A stretch of 64,000 nucleotides of DNA from an uncultured Lentisphaerales bacterium (GTDB taxonomy: Bacteria > Verrucomicrobiota > Lentisphaeria > JABSQK01 > UBA12247): assembly GCA_943788985.1 (NCBI GenBank), contig CALSSJ010000031.1, positions 5,411 through 69,410 of the forward strand. The letters are read 5' to 3'. Position 1 is the first letter of the stretch. Every line of letters starts with the position of its first letter. A program made the translations under genes and the position numbers. Positions 45,242-55,710 of this stretch are shown here, one piece after another. A model generated the notes under the pieces. The model searched no databases. It had not been told where the DNA came from and saw nothing but the letters and a program-made list of their open reading frames with translations.

Positions 45242-46804
45242 ATGTTCTACTTGGGAATGGCCATGCATCCTGGCATGACGACTTCACCATCAACTTCGAT
45301 CGATGCTATGTTGACTAGTGGAAACCCGATCCTTCCTGTTGGTACCCCATATTCTCCGAAACAGTCGATGACAGAGCAAAACCCAGACTACCAGACCACC
45401 AACCGCGCTCTTGAGTCGCAGGACCACCGCAGGCTTCCAATTGATCCTCTGGGGATCAACGTCGTTGCAGGGCACTTGGGACGCCATGAACCAGCGTTCG
45501 CCAACGCATTCATTAATCACATGAACCTCTGGCTGGATCCACAAGGTTCCGGACCGCATCGCATAGAATGGACACTGGTGGCGCCGGAAGATGGCGAGTA
45601 TGAAGTGGCCGCGGTGGTGTTGGGGAAGGGATCGCGCCTGATGCTGACGTGCAACGGCGTCAATCAAGAGACCGTCACCGCCGAAGCCAATCACTGGGAA
45701 CAGCTGCCCCTGGGATCGATCGCGCTACACCCTGGCGACAACACCTTGCTCCTGACGGTTGACGTGGCCGAGGGCTTCAGGTTCGACGTGCTTGAGCTGA
45801 TTCAGCCTGCAGCCAAGGCGGAACAGCTGGAACAGGCATTGGCAATGCGCTGCCATCCGGCGTGGTTCAAGGATGCAGTCTACGGTTTAATGTTTCAGTG
45901 GACCAACCGCGCCACACCGCCTGAGGGCCGCATCAAGCCGTGGGAACAGAAGGTCAACGACTTCAAGATCGACGCGTTTGTCGAGATGGTGCAGGCAACC
46001 GGAGCGGCCTATGTGCTCTGGTCCGTGACGTGGGGAAATCAGTATATCTCAGCGCCCATCATGTCCTTGGATGCGCTCATTGAAGGGCGAACCACGAAGC
46101 GCGACTTGCTCGGGGAAATGGCGGACGCGTTGCACGAGCGAGGCATCAAGCTGATCTTCTACTATCACTACGGGTATGACTGTGGTCATTCCATCGATGC
46201 AGACTGGATGAAGGCCTCCGGCGGCTACAAGCCAGACAAGACCGACTTCTACCAGAACTGGATGGCGATCACCGCAGAGATCGGCGATCGCTATGGCGAC
46301 AAATTGCACGGCTGGTGGTTCGACGGTGGTCAACGCTACTACAACTGCCATTTCGACAGCACGCCTGGTGACCAAGGCATTCTCTCAGCGCCGTTTAAGC
46401 AGTTGACGCAAGCTGCCAAGAGGGGAAACCCACAGCGCATTGTCGCCTACAACTCCTGGATTAAGCCCCGGCAAACCGAGTTTCAGGACTACTTTGCTGG
46501 CGAGGGAGCAGGCGGCTTGACCAGATTGGAGGACGGCATCTTTCCGGACGGTCCACAGCAGGGCCTGATGGCTCACGGCTGCTTTATTTTTGAGAAGACC
46601 TGGGGGCACATCGAAAGAGACGCGATCATCTCCCAGCCCCGGCACGACTTCGCCCAGTTGGCGAATTTGGTCCAAAAGGCCCAAGACGGCAGGTTCCCGC
46701 TCTCGATCAACCTTGAGATGTACGAGGACGGCTCCGTCTCCCCCGACTCCGTCGCCTTGCTGAAGAAATTACGGAAGATCGTTCGCCCAGAGTCCTGCAC
46801 GTAG
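45242..46804 (+). CDS. Putative glycoside hydrolase, alpha-L-fucosidase-like TIM barrel with N-terminal beta-sandwich (CBM-like) domain
   Basis: Intact 520 aa. The layout ...WFKDAVYGLMFQWT...FKIDAFVEMVQATGAAYVLWSV...RDLLGEMADALHERGIKLIFYYHYGYD...YGDKLHGWWFDGG... parallels GH29, but the KHHDGF motif is absent. The N-terminal ...EYEVAAVVLGKGSRLMLTCNG...GDNTLLLTV... looks like a CBM. Confidence 0.45.
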   Translation: MFYLGMAMHPGMTTSPSTSIDAMLTSGNPILPVGTPYSPKQSMTEQNPDYQTTNRALESQDHRRLPIDPLGINVVAGHLGRHEPAFANAFINHMNLWLDPQGSGPHRIEWTLVAPEDGEYEVAAVVLGKGSRLMLTCNGVNQETVTAEANHWEQLPLGSIALHPGDNTLLLTVDVAEGFRFDVLELIQPAAKAEQLEQALAMRCHPAWFKDAVYGLMFQWTNRATPPEGRIKPWEQKVNDFKIDAFVEMVQATGAAYVLWSVTWGNQYISAPIMSLDALIEGRTTKRDLLGEMADALHERGIKLIFYYHYGYDCGHSIDADWMKASGGYKPDKTDFYQNWMAITAEIGDRYGDKLHGWWFDGGQRYYNCHFDSTPGDQGILSAPFKQLTQAAKRGNPQRIVAYNSWIKPRQTEFQDYFAGEGAGGLTRLEDGIFPDGPQQGLMAHGCFIFEKTWGHIERDAIISQPRHDFAQLANLVQKAQDGRFPLSINLEMYEDGSVSPDSVALLKKLRKIVRPESCT

Positions 46805-46889
46805 TACTCAGCCCCCGCGAGCGCCCAAGGTTCTTGGCAGTCAATCATCGTCGTGCTCCTCTGCCTGGGAAATCTTCGCATCGAGGAGC

Positions 46890-47262
46890 TCAATGAGTTC
46901 CGGATATAATGCCCTGATAGCCGACGTCAGCCATTGGCTGCGCATAGATCTTATGCCGCTGCTCCAGGGTCCAGCGTGAGAATATGTTCTCTTCCGCGCC
47001 CCCTCTCTCCAAGACAGGCACAGTGTAGGTGCCTGTTCGAAAGATCTGCTTTCCGCTTAGCAGAGCATCTCCGGCTGGAGAACAGGCAGAAAAGGCATTG
47101 TCGAAGACTAGACGAGCTCTGCTTTGCGAGCGCATCCAATGCCGGGGTCTCGTACCACGTGGATCGGTTAAAACCCACATCCCGGTAGCCAAGGTCATCG
47201 GCCAAGATGAACACGGTGTTAGGGGAGAGGGCAGGACTGTCGGCACCGACCATGAACACCAT
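46890..47262 (-). pseudogene. Sulfatase N-terminal fragment (frameshifted, truncated, degenerate active-site motif)
   Basis: ORF 46951..47262 has ...PNTVFILADDLGYRDVGFNRSTWYETPALDALAKQS... ORF 46890..47246 continues in another frame with ...ARLVFDNAFSACSPAGDALLSGK..., where CSPAG replaces the C-x-P-x-R motif. It ends after about 120 codons. Confidence 0.65.
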
Positions 47263-47303
47263 GCGATGTCGCCATGTGCAACGCTCGCGCCTAACAGATG
47301 TCC

Positions 47304-48313
47304 TTAACGAGTGATTGGCGCAGTCGTCCCGCGTACAATCAAACTCGCAGGCAAACGAATGATCTGCTGCTGGTAAGACTCGTGGCGATTCTTGACCCGC
47401 TCGAGATACAGCTTTGCTGCTTGACGGCCGATTTCAGTCTCCTGCTGGTCGAACGACGTCAGATTCTCGTTCTTCGCAAGGTTACCACAGCCAATGACCG
47501 ATATATCACGAGGCACCTGCAAACTTAACTCGCGCAAACTGCCTTCCAACTCCGGGACCAAATCATCGGCATAGCAGAAAATTCCGGTGGGACGATCCGC
47601 CCGCGCCATCATTTCATGCAGGGCCCCCTTAGACGACAACTGGACACAGGCCGCATTAGCAGTCTCGCTGACCACGTTTCGGAACCCCTGGGCACGCAGA
47701 ATGGACGTGCTGCAGCGAGAGTCACTGCCAATAAACAACAGGCGCTCATGCCGCAGTTCCAGCAAATAACGCGCGGCCTCCTCCCCAATAGAAATATCGT
47801 CGGATCCGACAAAATCGGTGCGAAACATCGACATTTCGCGGTCGATCAGAATCAGCGGAATTCCACGCTGCCAAATCTCGTCAAAATAGCTGCGCTCGAA
47901 CTCTTCGGACGAGGGACGCAGGATGATCCCATCCACAGCACGTTCCACCAGTTGGTGAATGATGTGTGCCTCGGTCTGGTCGTCTCGAGTCGTGACCGGC
48001 TTAGGATTCCAAGCGTGCAACATGACGTGGCCATTGTCCAACAGGACTTCATTGAGGCTTTCAACCACCCCCCATAGAAATCCAAAGTAGGAACCATGAC
48101 GCCAGCCATGCTGGTACTGCCCTTAAACAAGTTTCGAGCAGTGGCATTGGGCCGGTAATTCAGCTCTTTCGCCGCGTCTCTGACGCGCTCCACGGTATCC
48201 GGTGAAAACTTAGCCGCGTCACGATTCAGGATTCGTGAGACACTCGCCATGCTCACCCCAGCGCGCTGTGCCACATCTTTCATCCCTGCCCGCTTTGGAA
48301 TCTTACGGGCCAT
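47304..48313 (-). pseudogene. LacI-family transcriptional regulator interrupted by a frameshift in a C6/G6 run (48068-48073)
   Basis: The N-terminal ORF has the HTH ...MKDVAQRAGVSMASVSRILN...RVRDAAKELNYRPNATARNL...AGVMVPTLDFYGG. The C-terminal ORF 47304..48068 has the sugar-binding domain (VVESLNEVLLDNGH...VDGIILRP...). One extra G would join them in frame. Confidence 0.75.
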
Positions 48314-48800
48314 ACTGGTGTCAAATCTTGGCAATCGATTCGTTCCCAAAAATTGGAGATGTTCCGTGACTACTGTAGCCTTTGCAGGCTCATCAGCAAC
48401 CATCAAGCGAAAGCTACCTGCGCAATCCGCACGGATTGTGCTACCTCGTGACTTGTCCCTATCCTGAAACCGCTTGTAGGAGTGAGAGTCTGGACTGTAG
48501 TTTGGGCGCCATAGCTCGGCGGAAAGAGTTTTGGCAGGATTCGATCGGATAAGTCAATAAGTCTGCATTTTTGGGAAAACTGATTTTATTTGATCGAATC
48601 GCCAATGATCTCCTGATCGTTTCCTTTTCCTACAAGACGCCTATTGTCGGCACGGATAAAGTCGCGCAAAGTACATTCGGGGCAACCACTTGCCCTGTTG
48701 CACAAACACTGATCGCATTCGTCTTTGACTCATCCATCGTGCTTATCATCTCCGGCCTGCGTTGGTCAACGCTCGGCCGCAACATCCAAGGAGAAATTCC

Positions 48801-50699
48801 ATGCTGAAGCAATTTCTGGGCCTTCCTTGCGCCCTGTGCCTTTGTCTTGCCTACGCCCTGCTGGCTGCCCCAAGGCCGGCCAAACCGAACGTGGTTCTAA
48901 TTCTTACCGACGACCTCGGTTGGCAAGACGTAAAATGCTATGACATTGACGAACCCTCCCCCTACGAAACGCCGAACATCGACGCACTGGCGGCACAGGG
49001 AATCAAGTTTTGGCAGGCCTATGCTCCAGCGCCCACCTGCGCTCCCACGCGCTGCGCCATCATGAGCGGAGTCCATCCTGCCCGAGCCCAGAAAACACAC
49101 GTCGTGGGTGGAGCACCGCCTGCCCCGTACAGCGCAACACAACACCGCATGATCCCGCCTTGGTACAGCGGCCGGATGCCAGCCGACGAATACACTCTGG
49201 CCAAGGCTCTCCAAAACCAGGGCTACCGGACCGGACACACCGGAAAATGGCATATGGCCATCGACCACAGCGCCTTCCCGCAACCGGAAGACCAGGGCTT
49301 TCACTTCACCAGATCCAATCTCGGCGTCACCCGCAAAATGACACCAAACCGCCTGACCGGTTTCGCCACAACTGCCCCGGACGATCCCTTTCGCCTAGAT
49401 GAAAACGACTTCCCCTTTCACCAGAACACCGCGGATGCCTTGGAGTTCATGCGCGAGAGTCAGACAGAGCCCTTCTTCCTCTATTTCGCGACTTGGCTCG
49501 TCCACACGCCAATCCACATCCGCAATAAGCCGCTGTTGGATAAGTACTGCCGCAAGCTTGGCGTCGAACTGTCTTCTGAGAAGCCCAAAGAATGGACGGG
49601 TGAGGGCCAAACTAATCCGTTCTACTGCGCCATGGTCGAGACACTAGACTACCACATTGGCCGGATTGTCCACCACCTTGACCAGACGCCAGACCCGCGC
49701 TGGCCCGGGCACATGCTCAGGGAAAACACCTTCCTCATTTTCACCTCAGATAACGGCGGTATGGAGAAACATCCCGGCGAGATCATCACCGACAACTATC
49801 CTCTCAATCGCGGCAAGATCTCCGCCATGGAAGGCGGCACCCGCGTGCCGTTGATCATCACTGGCCCGGGGATCGCCAAAGGCGTGGAATCTGACGTCAT
49901 GGTGAATGGCCTGGACTTCTACCCCACGATCCTCTCGTTCATTGGCGCAAAGAAGCCAGCTACAAAGCAACTGGATGGCTGCGATCTGGCCCCGCTCCTC
50001 CTTGGCAATGCCAGGGATCCAGCGCTCGTTCGTCATCCCGATGGTTCGATGCGCGACAGTATGGTCTGGCACTTTCCCCACAGTGTCGCTCTCGAAAGTA
50101 CGATCCGGATTGGAGACTACAAACTCGTGCGCAACTTCGACCATGTGGGCAATCCGCATTCGCCAGAGCTGGAGCTATTCCGCCTGTACGAGACCCGGGA
50201 CGGTAAGCAGCAGCGGGTCGACATAGAAGAGGCTCATAACCTGGCAAAAAAAATGCCCGAGAAAACCGCACAGATGAACGCCCAGCTTAGCGCTCGCCTG
50301 TCGGAGATGAAGGCCAGTTATCCGTACTATAACCCGGCGTGCAAGCAACCCATCAAGCACAAAGAGACTATCCCGCTAGCCATCGCCCACCAGCGAGATG
50401 GCCGCACTGTCTCCGTCGCCTACCGAGAAGCCGGCGCGAAGGTGATTCGCGCCAATCTGCTCTACACCCAGAACGGCGGCCACCGCCACGAAGAATGGTT
50501 TCGCGTCCCAGCAACACTCACCGGGAACAACTCAGCTACCGCTGAACTCCCGGAGGGCACTACGCACTACCTCTTCAACTTGATCGACGAGCACAACTTT
50601 CTGGTCAGTCACCCAAAGATGATGGATACGCTCACCAAAAACCGAAACCGTAAGACTTCCCGCTACTCCAAGGACGCCTTCGCCGTCACTCCTCAGTAG
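48801..50699 (+). CDS. Sulfatase (arylsulfatase A family), secreted
   Basis: AAGGAG plus ATG 48801. Signal peptide MLKQFLGLPCALCLCLAYALLAA. Also ...PNVVLILTDDLGWQDV... and the formylglycine motif CAPTRCAIMSG, then ...TGKWHM... Intact 632 aa. Confidence 0.9.
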   Translation: MLKQFLGLPCALCLCLAYALLAAPRPAKPNVVLILTDDLGWQDVKCYDIDEPSPYETPNIDALAAQGIKFWQAYAPAPTCAPTRCAIMSGVHPARAQKTHVVGGAPPAPYSATQHRMIPPWYSGRMPADEYTLAKALQNQGYRTGHTGKWHMAIDHSAFPQPEDQGFHFTRSNLGVTRKMTPNRLTGFATTAPDDPFRLDENDFPFHQNTADALEFMRESQTEPFFLYFATWLVHTPIHIRNKPLLDKYCRKLGVELSSEKPKEWTGEGQTNPFYCAMVETLDYHIGRIVHHLDQTPDPRWPGHMLRENTFLIFTSDNGGMEKHPGEIITDNYPLNRGKISAMEGGTRVPLIITGPGIAKGVESDVMVNGLDFYPTILSFIGAKKPATKQLDGCDLAPLLLGNARDPALVRHPDGSMRDSMVWHFPHSVALESTIRIGDYKLVRNFDHVGNPHSPELELFRLYETRDGKQQRVDIEEAHNLAKKMPEKTAQMNAQLSARLSEMKASYPYYNPACKQPIKHKETIPLAIAHQRDGRTVSVAYREAGAKVIRANLLYTQNGGHRHEEWFRVPATLTGNNSATAELPEGTTHYLFNLIDEHNFLVSHPKMMDTLTKNRNRKTSRYSKDAFAVTPQ

Positions 50700-50704
50700 C
50701 CTTC

Positions 50705-51786
50705 TCAGGGCCCGCAGCCCCGCCAAAATGCAATGTGACTGCCAGACGGCATTTTCAGCCCCGGAGGGGTGTGACACGACACGCCACATATCTCCCCGGA
50801 AACAGATCCAAGCTGCCGCAGCGCCCGGAATACGTAGCCCGCGACTTCTTCCGCCGCTCCCGCTGATAGCGCAGCGGCCCAAGGCTCTGCAAACTCGAGC
50901 TTGATCACTAGCGTCCGATCCGTAAGCTCACTCGCCGGAATATCCCTCACGACAAGATAGCGCTCTCCAGACGCCCAGTAGACCGGTAACAGCTCGGTAC
51001 TGGTCGAGAGACTCCTCCGGTCGTTCAGGAGCACCACCGCTTCCGCCCTGGCGGTTGACGGAATGTGTACGTACAAGTTGCACCCTCGCCGTGTCAGCAG
51101 GACGCTGGCATTGGTGGTCAGCTCGCTGGCTGGCTCAGAATGTTCGAGAGCCTCACGCACAGCCAGGTACCAATTCCCGACCGCGGACAGAATCTGGAGT
51201 GACTTCTCCGGCAAGCGCCCAATCTCATCCGGCCCGATGTTCAGTAGGTAGTGCGCGCCCTTGGCCATGTAGCCATTTATACTGTTGATCAAGAATGGAA
51301 CCGAATAATAATCCTCCGACATTCGGAAGCCCCAGCTCTGCGTTCCTGTGGAGTCGTTGGCTTCTTTCGGCCGCGAAAATCGCGTCAAACGCCGGTCCGC
51401 GCCAGCGCTATATTCCCGCTCCGGGGTGCCAAGGTCCCCTGCGTCAAACCCACGGTCGTTGATTACAATGTTCGGCCGCAACTCCCGAATCAGCGCGTTT
51501 ACCGACGGATCCTGATACTCCGGGACATTGATCTCACAGAAGAATATAAGCCAAGCCCAAAGTCACGCCGATGAGACGCATCGGCCAGCTGCTTGAGGAT
51601 GTCCTTTCCATACGGGGATTTGAGCACGTTGTAGCCAGTCCAATCACTATCCCAGAGACAGAAACCGTCGTGAGGTTTAGCCGTCAGACAGACGTACTCC
51701 ATACCCGCGGCGTCCGCGCGACCGATGATCAAATCCGCGTCAAACGCCTCCGGGTTAAAGCGCTCGATCAGCGGTCGATACTCCAC
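50705..51786 (-). pseudogene. GH29 alpha-L-fucosidase, frameshifted and 5'-truncated
   Basis: ORF 51499..51786 has ...FNPEAFDADLIIGRADAAGMEYVCLTAKPHDGFCLWDS...GKDILKQLADASHRRDFGLGLY... A frame break occurs near 51535-51550. ORF 50705..51481 then continues ...(EINVPEYQDPSVNALIREL)RPNIVINDRG...HYLLNIGPD... No signal-peptide N-terminus is present, and another break lies near 51790. Confidence 0.7.
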
Positions 51787-52160
51787 TCGCGGATTTGATC
51801 CTGCTCGTGCCAGCCCTCGATCGACTACAGGGCAAAATCAGGAATAGGCCGAAACGACGCGTCGAAAACCAATCATTTGGGGAGTTAATCGAAGGGTCTC
51901 ATTGGTACCAATTGTGAACAATTGATGCGGTATGGGGTGACATATAAAAGCTGCGAACGCCCAGATCGACATGCTTCCTTTTTTCAAGGCAGCACTAATG
52001 CGCGACTTGCGCCATCCACGCCAGTCCGCATTTTTGCCAAGTGCTTTAGCTAGGGACGATAAAAGCTGCGGTTCGTAAGCCGCTCGACTCTTAGCACTAT
52101 CGTCCTACACTACTGCTCGCTGTCAAGCCTAACCTACGTTCTTTGGAGGCCCCTCTATCC

Positions 52161-53801
52161 ATGACTTGGCGTGAGCAACTATTCCTGACTGCCGTCGCAC
52201 TTCTTGTCGTACTCGTCCTGGCGCTGATTCCAGCGGGTTCCCATGGCGCGCGCGAACGCGGCCAAGCCAGCCCGGTCGCTTGGGATACCGTGCGCGATGA
52301 CCCGCAAGCCACCATGGATCTCTCGTGGATGGGCATCATCGCCCACCTTTCCGGCAAGGAAGGATCTTGGATCGAGCGCAACTTAGAGCAGAAGTTCAAT
52401 CTCAACATCGAGCCTACCTTCCTCGATTGGAACGGGTTCCGCCAGCGCCGCCCCCTGATGCTATGTGGTGGCGACATTCCGGACGTGATGTGGGACGGAG
52501 ATCCACTTGGCGTCCGCGCCAACCTGCGCAATGGCTTCATCATGGAACTCCCCTTCGAGGTCATCCTCGAGCATGCCCCCACCTACGTGGCGTATCTGAA
52601 CCGCTTCGGCCGTGAAGCCTGGCTCTATAGTCACTATCAGGGCAAAAACTACGGCCTCCCCACCTTCTCCGCCGGTGCCAACCGGCCTCGTATCAGTTGC
52701 TGGCGCGAGGACTGGCTGCAGAACGTTGGCATCGAAAAAGTTCCCGAAACTGTCGATGAAATGCACGAAGCCTTGCACCGTTTCCGCCATAATGATCCGG
52801 ACGAAAACGGCAAGCAGGACACCTACGGTTGGAGCCCCGACATTTGGCACTGGTCCCTCGCCTTTGTCGAGATCTTCGCCGCCTATGACACCCTTGCCTT
52901 CGATTTCATCGAGCGCGATGGAAAAGTGGTCTGGGGTGGCATCCTCCCCGAAGCGAAAGAAAGCCTGACCACCCTGCGTAAGTGGTACGACGAAGGCCTG
53001 CTCGACCCTGACTTCCCCCTCAACAGCCGCGAGGCCGGCCGCGGCTTTGAAAACAGCAAAACTGGCTACACCCACCCCGTAGACCAACCATTCTTCTACG
53101 ACCTCGAGATGGCCACCTCCCTGGCCAGTAAAGTCATCGCCTACGCCCCGAAAGGCCAGCTCGTCCCTGGTCCTCCTTTGCGCAATGCACAAGGAAAACG
53201 TCGCGGCCGCACCTGGGGCGGTGCCGCTCACGTCCTCCAGTTCGGCAGGCACCTCGAGCAACAGCCAGAGAAAGTGATCCGCGTCCTGCGCATGATGGAG
53301 GCCATTGCAACCAACGAAGAACTTTACCTCCAAGCTCGCTTCGCCGAACAGGGCACCCACTGGCACTACACTCCCGAGAAAGGCCGTGAGTCCCTCCCAC
53401 CCTACGACGAAGACCAGCGACTGAGCGGTGCCGAACTCCTCACCTCCAGCATCTTCTTCTTCCCCAGCACCATCGACCCAATCTACGACGACAAATACAA
53501 CAGCCAGGCGGACACCACCTGGCATGAAACCAACCGCAAGCACGCTTGGGCCATGAAAAACGTCCTTGGAAAATCCGACGTAGTGCCATCTGCCAGCCGC
53601 TACCTTGGCGATCTCCGCCTCTGGCAAATGACTGTCTACGTCGAAATGATCGTCGGCGAGCGCCCACTCAGTGAGTTCGACGCCTTTATTGGAGAATGGA
53701 ACGAACGCGGCGGTGAGATCCTCACCGCCGAAGCCAATGAGATGTACAGCCAGATGCGAGACATCTACACCCGCGTCGGTGCCACGGAGGACGCCCAATG
53801 A
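52161..53801 (+). CDS. Extracellular solute-binding protein of a carbohydrate ABC importer (large LipO/YtcQ-like SBP)
   Basis: About 546 aa with an N-terminal anchor MTWREQLFLTAVALLVVLVLALI. It is followed directly by two LplB/LplC-type permease genes. The antisense 445-aa ORF is a shadow. Confidence 0.8.
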   Translation: MTWREQLFLTAVALLVVLVLALIPAGSHGARERGQASPVAWDTVRDDPQATMDLSWMGIIAHLSGKEGSWIERNLEQKFNLNIEPTFLDWNGFRQRRPLMLCGGDIPDVMWDGDPLGVRANLRNGFIMELPFEVILEHAPTYVAYLNRFGREAWLYSHYQGKNYGLPTFSAGANRPRISCWREDWLQNVGIEKVPETVDEMHEALHRFRHNDPDENGKQDTYGWSPDIWHWSLAFVEIFAAYDTLAFDFIERDGKVVWGGILPEAKESLTTLRKWYDEGLLDPDFPLNSREAGRGFENSKTGYTHPVDQPFFYDLEMATSLASKVIAYAPKGQLVPGPPLRNAQGKRRGRTWGGAAHVLQFGRHLEQQPEKVIRVLRMMEAIATNEELYLQARFAEQGTHWHYTPEKGRESLPPYDEDQRLSGAELLTSSIFFFPSTIDPIYDDKYNSQADTTWHETNRKHAWAMKNVLGKSDVVPSASRYLGDLRLWQMTVYVEMIVGERPLSEFDAFIGEWNERGGEILTAEANEMYSQMRDIYTRVGATEDAQ

Positions 53802-54724
53802 GCGACCAGTTCAACCGCCCTTCCGTCTTAAAAACGTACAGCAAGCATTCCGGCCTGTTGCTGATGACCCTCCCCGTAATCATCTACTTCCTCATCTTTC
53901 ATTATGGCCCCATGATCGGCCTGGTCATCGCCTTCAAAGATTACGTGATGAGCGATGGTATGTTCGGCAGCCAGTGGGCTGGCATGGCAAATTTCGAGCG
54001 CCTCTTCGCCAGCGATGACTTCCCACTCGCTGTGCGCAACACCCTGACCATCAGCTTCCTGCGGCTGGGCTTCGGCTTCTTCGCCCCCATCATTCTGGCA
54101 CTCCTGCTCAACGAACTGCGCCTCGAGTTCTATAAGCGCGGCATCCAGACCCTGACCTATCTGCCCCACTTCTTCAGCTGGGTCATTCTCGGCGGCATCT
54201 TCCTCATGCTCTTCAACGCTGGCGGCCCCGTAAATCAGTTTGCAAAGCTACTCGGTGCCGAACAACCCATCGCCTTTCTGACCGATGGCACCTGGTTCAT
54301 CATTGTCCTTGTTGCCACCGGAATCTGGCAAGGCGCTGGATGGGGAGCCATCCTCTACCTAGCCGCCCTCTCCGGCATCTCCCCACAACTCTACGAAGCT
54401 GCCCAGATCGACGGTGCCAACCGCTGGCAACAGACTTGGGCCATCACCATTCCCTGCCTCATCCCGACCATGATCGTTCTCTTTATCCTGGCCCTCGGCG
54501 GCATCCTTACCGCTGGCTTCGACCAGATCTATAATATGTACAACCCCATGGTCTACGATGTCGCGGATATCATAGACACCTACGTCCTGCGGCGCATGTT
54601 TGGCCTCGACCTCGCACTGGCCACCGCCGCTGGCATGTTCAAATCCGTCGTTGGCCTTGTCCTAGTCGTAGGCAGCAACTACCTCGCCCGCCGCATGAGC
54701 GGTGGCGAACAGGGGGTTTGGTAA
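53798..54724 (+). CDS. Carbohydrate ABC transporter permease (LplB/YteP-like)
   Basis: Has ...LLLMTLPVIIYFLIFHYGPMIGLVIAFKDY... and the EAA-loop region ...YEAAQIDGANRWQQTWAITIP... Six predicted TM segments. ATGA overlap with the SBP gene. Confidence 0.88.
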   Translation: MSDQFNRPSVLKTYSKHSGLLLMTLPVIIYFLIFHYGPMIGLVIAFKDYVMSDGMFGSQWAGMANFERLFASDDFPLAVRNTLTISFLRLGFGFFAPIILALLLNELRLEFYKRGIQTLTYLPHFFSWVILGGIFLMLFNAGGPVNQFAKLLGAEQPIAFLTDGTWFIIVLVATGIWQGAGWGAILYLAALSGISPQLYEAAQIDGANRWQQTWAITIPCLIPTMIVLFILALGGILTAGFDQIYNMYNPMVYDVADIIDTYVLRRMFGLDLALATAAGMFKSVVGLVLVVGSNYLARRMSGGEQGVW

Positions 54725-54727
54725 AAC

Positions 54728-55603
54728 ATGAAACGTTCATCCGGCGAAAAAATATTCAACTTTTTCAACATCCTCTTCCTCGCGTTTGTCGGGCTTATCT
54801 GCCTCTATCCGTTTATTTACACCCTAACCATCAGCCTCAGCACAGCTGCTGAGGCCAGCCGGGAAGGCTTCCACTTCTATCCACGTGAAATCTCATTCAC
54901 CAGCTATAAAATGGTGCTCAGCAATCCGAACATCGTGACCGGCTACGTAAACACCATCATCCGGACCGTTCTCGGCACCTTTCTCACCGTTATTGCCACC
55001 TGTATCGCTGCCTATCCGCTCGCGCGGAAGGAAATGCCTCACCGCTCCATGCTCACCTTTTTGGTGGTCTTCACCATGCTCTTCAGCGGCGGTATCGTCC
55101 CCGGCTACTTGCTTGTCAAAAAGCTTGGCCTCATCAACAGCATGGGTTCCCTCATCCTCCCTACTCTGCTCTCCGCCTTCAACATCATTATCATCAAAAA
55201 CTTCTTCCAGTCCATTCCTGACTCCCTTTCCGAATCCGCTGGCATCGACGGGGCCGGAGAATGGCGCATCCTCTTTCAGATATACATCCCGCTCTCTAAG
55301 CCCGTGCTTGCCACCGTGGCCCTCTGGTCGGCCGTATTCCACTGGAACGCCTGGTTTGATGCCCTCCTCTACATCACCGATGACAACAAGCAGGTCCTCC
55401 AGACCTTTCTCCAGCGCATCGTCATCGAGAGCAGCACCCAGCTCATGGAACTCGGCATCACCGACACCACAGTTGTAGACTTCACTGGCGAGACCATCAA
55501 AGCCGCCACCATCATCGTCACCATCCTGCCCATCATCTGCGTCTACCCCTTTCTGCAGAAGTACTTTGTCAAAGGCATCATGCTTGGCGGAGTCAAAGAG
55601 TAG
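54728..55603 (+). CDS. Carbohydrate ABC transporter permease (LplC/YtcP-like)
   Basis: Has ...IFNFFNILFLAFVGLICLYPFIYTLTISLS... and the EAA-loop ...ESAGIDGAGEWRILFQIYIPLSKP... No ATPase gene is present in the locus. Confidence 0.88.
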   Translation: MKRSSGEKIFNFFNILFLAFVGLICLYPFIYTLTISLSTAAEASREGFHFYPREISFTSYKMVLSNPNIVTGYVNTIIRTVLGTFLTVIATCIAAYPLARKEMPHRSMLTFLVVFTMLFSGGIVPGYLLVKKLGLINSMGSLILPTLLSAFNIIIIKNFFQSIPDSLSESAGIDGAGEWRILFQIYIPLSKPVLATVALWSAVFHWNAWFDALLYITDDNKQVLQTFLQRIVIESSTQLMELGITDTTVVDFTGETIKAATIIVTILPIICVYPFLQKYFVKGIMLGGVKE

Positions 55604-55710
55604 CGCCAGTACGCCCCACACCGATCGTCCCCACAAGACAGCGTACTGCGCACATCACGGCGGAGATAAGACTTTTTAATCAAAAAATTAGACTTCGCAC
55701 AAGGACTCTT

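Noticed and set aside
48535-48605. Candidate LacI operator: ATTCGATCGGAT near 48541 and the inverted GATCGAAT near 48592
   Set aside because: The palindromes are short and imperfect, and they do not match the usual LacI-family half-site pattern (TG-N-AA-N-CG-N-TT-N-CA type). I cannot support this without comparative data.
52461-53798. 445-aa minus-strand ORF, and a similar 247-aa one at 54893-55636
   Set aside because: They are antisense to the SBP and permease genes, which have clear family signatures. The translations are Gly/Val/Glu/Asp low-complexity runs with no motifs.
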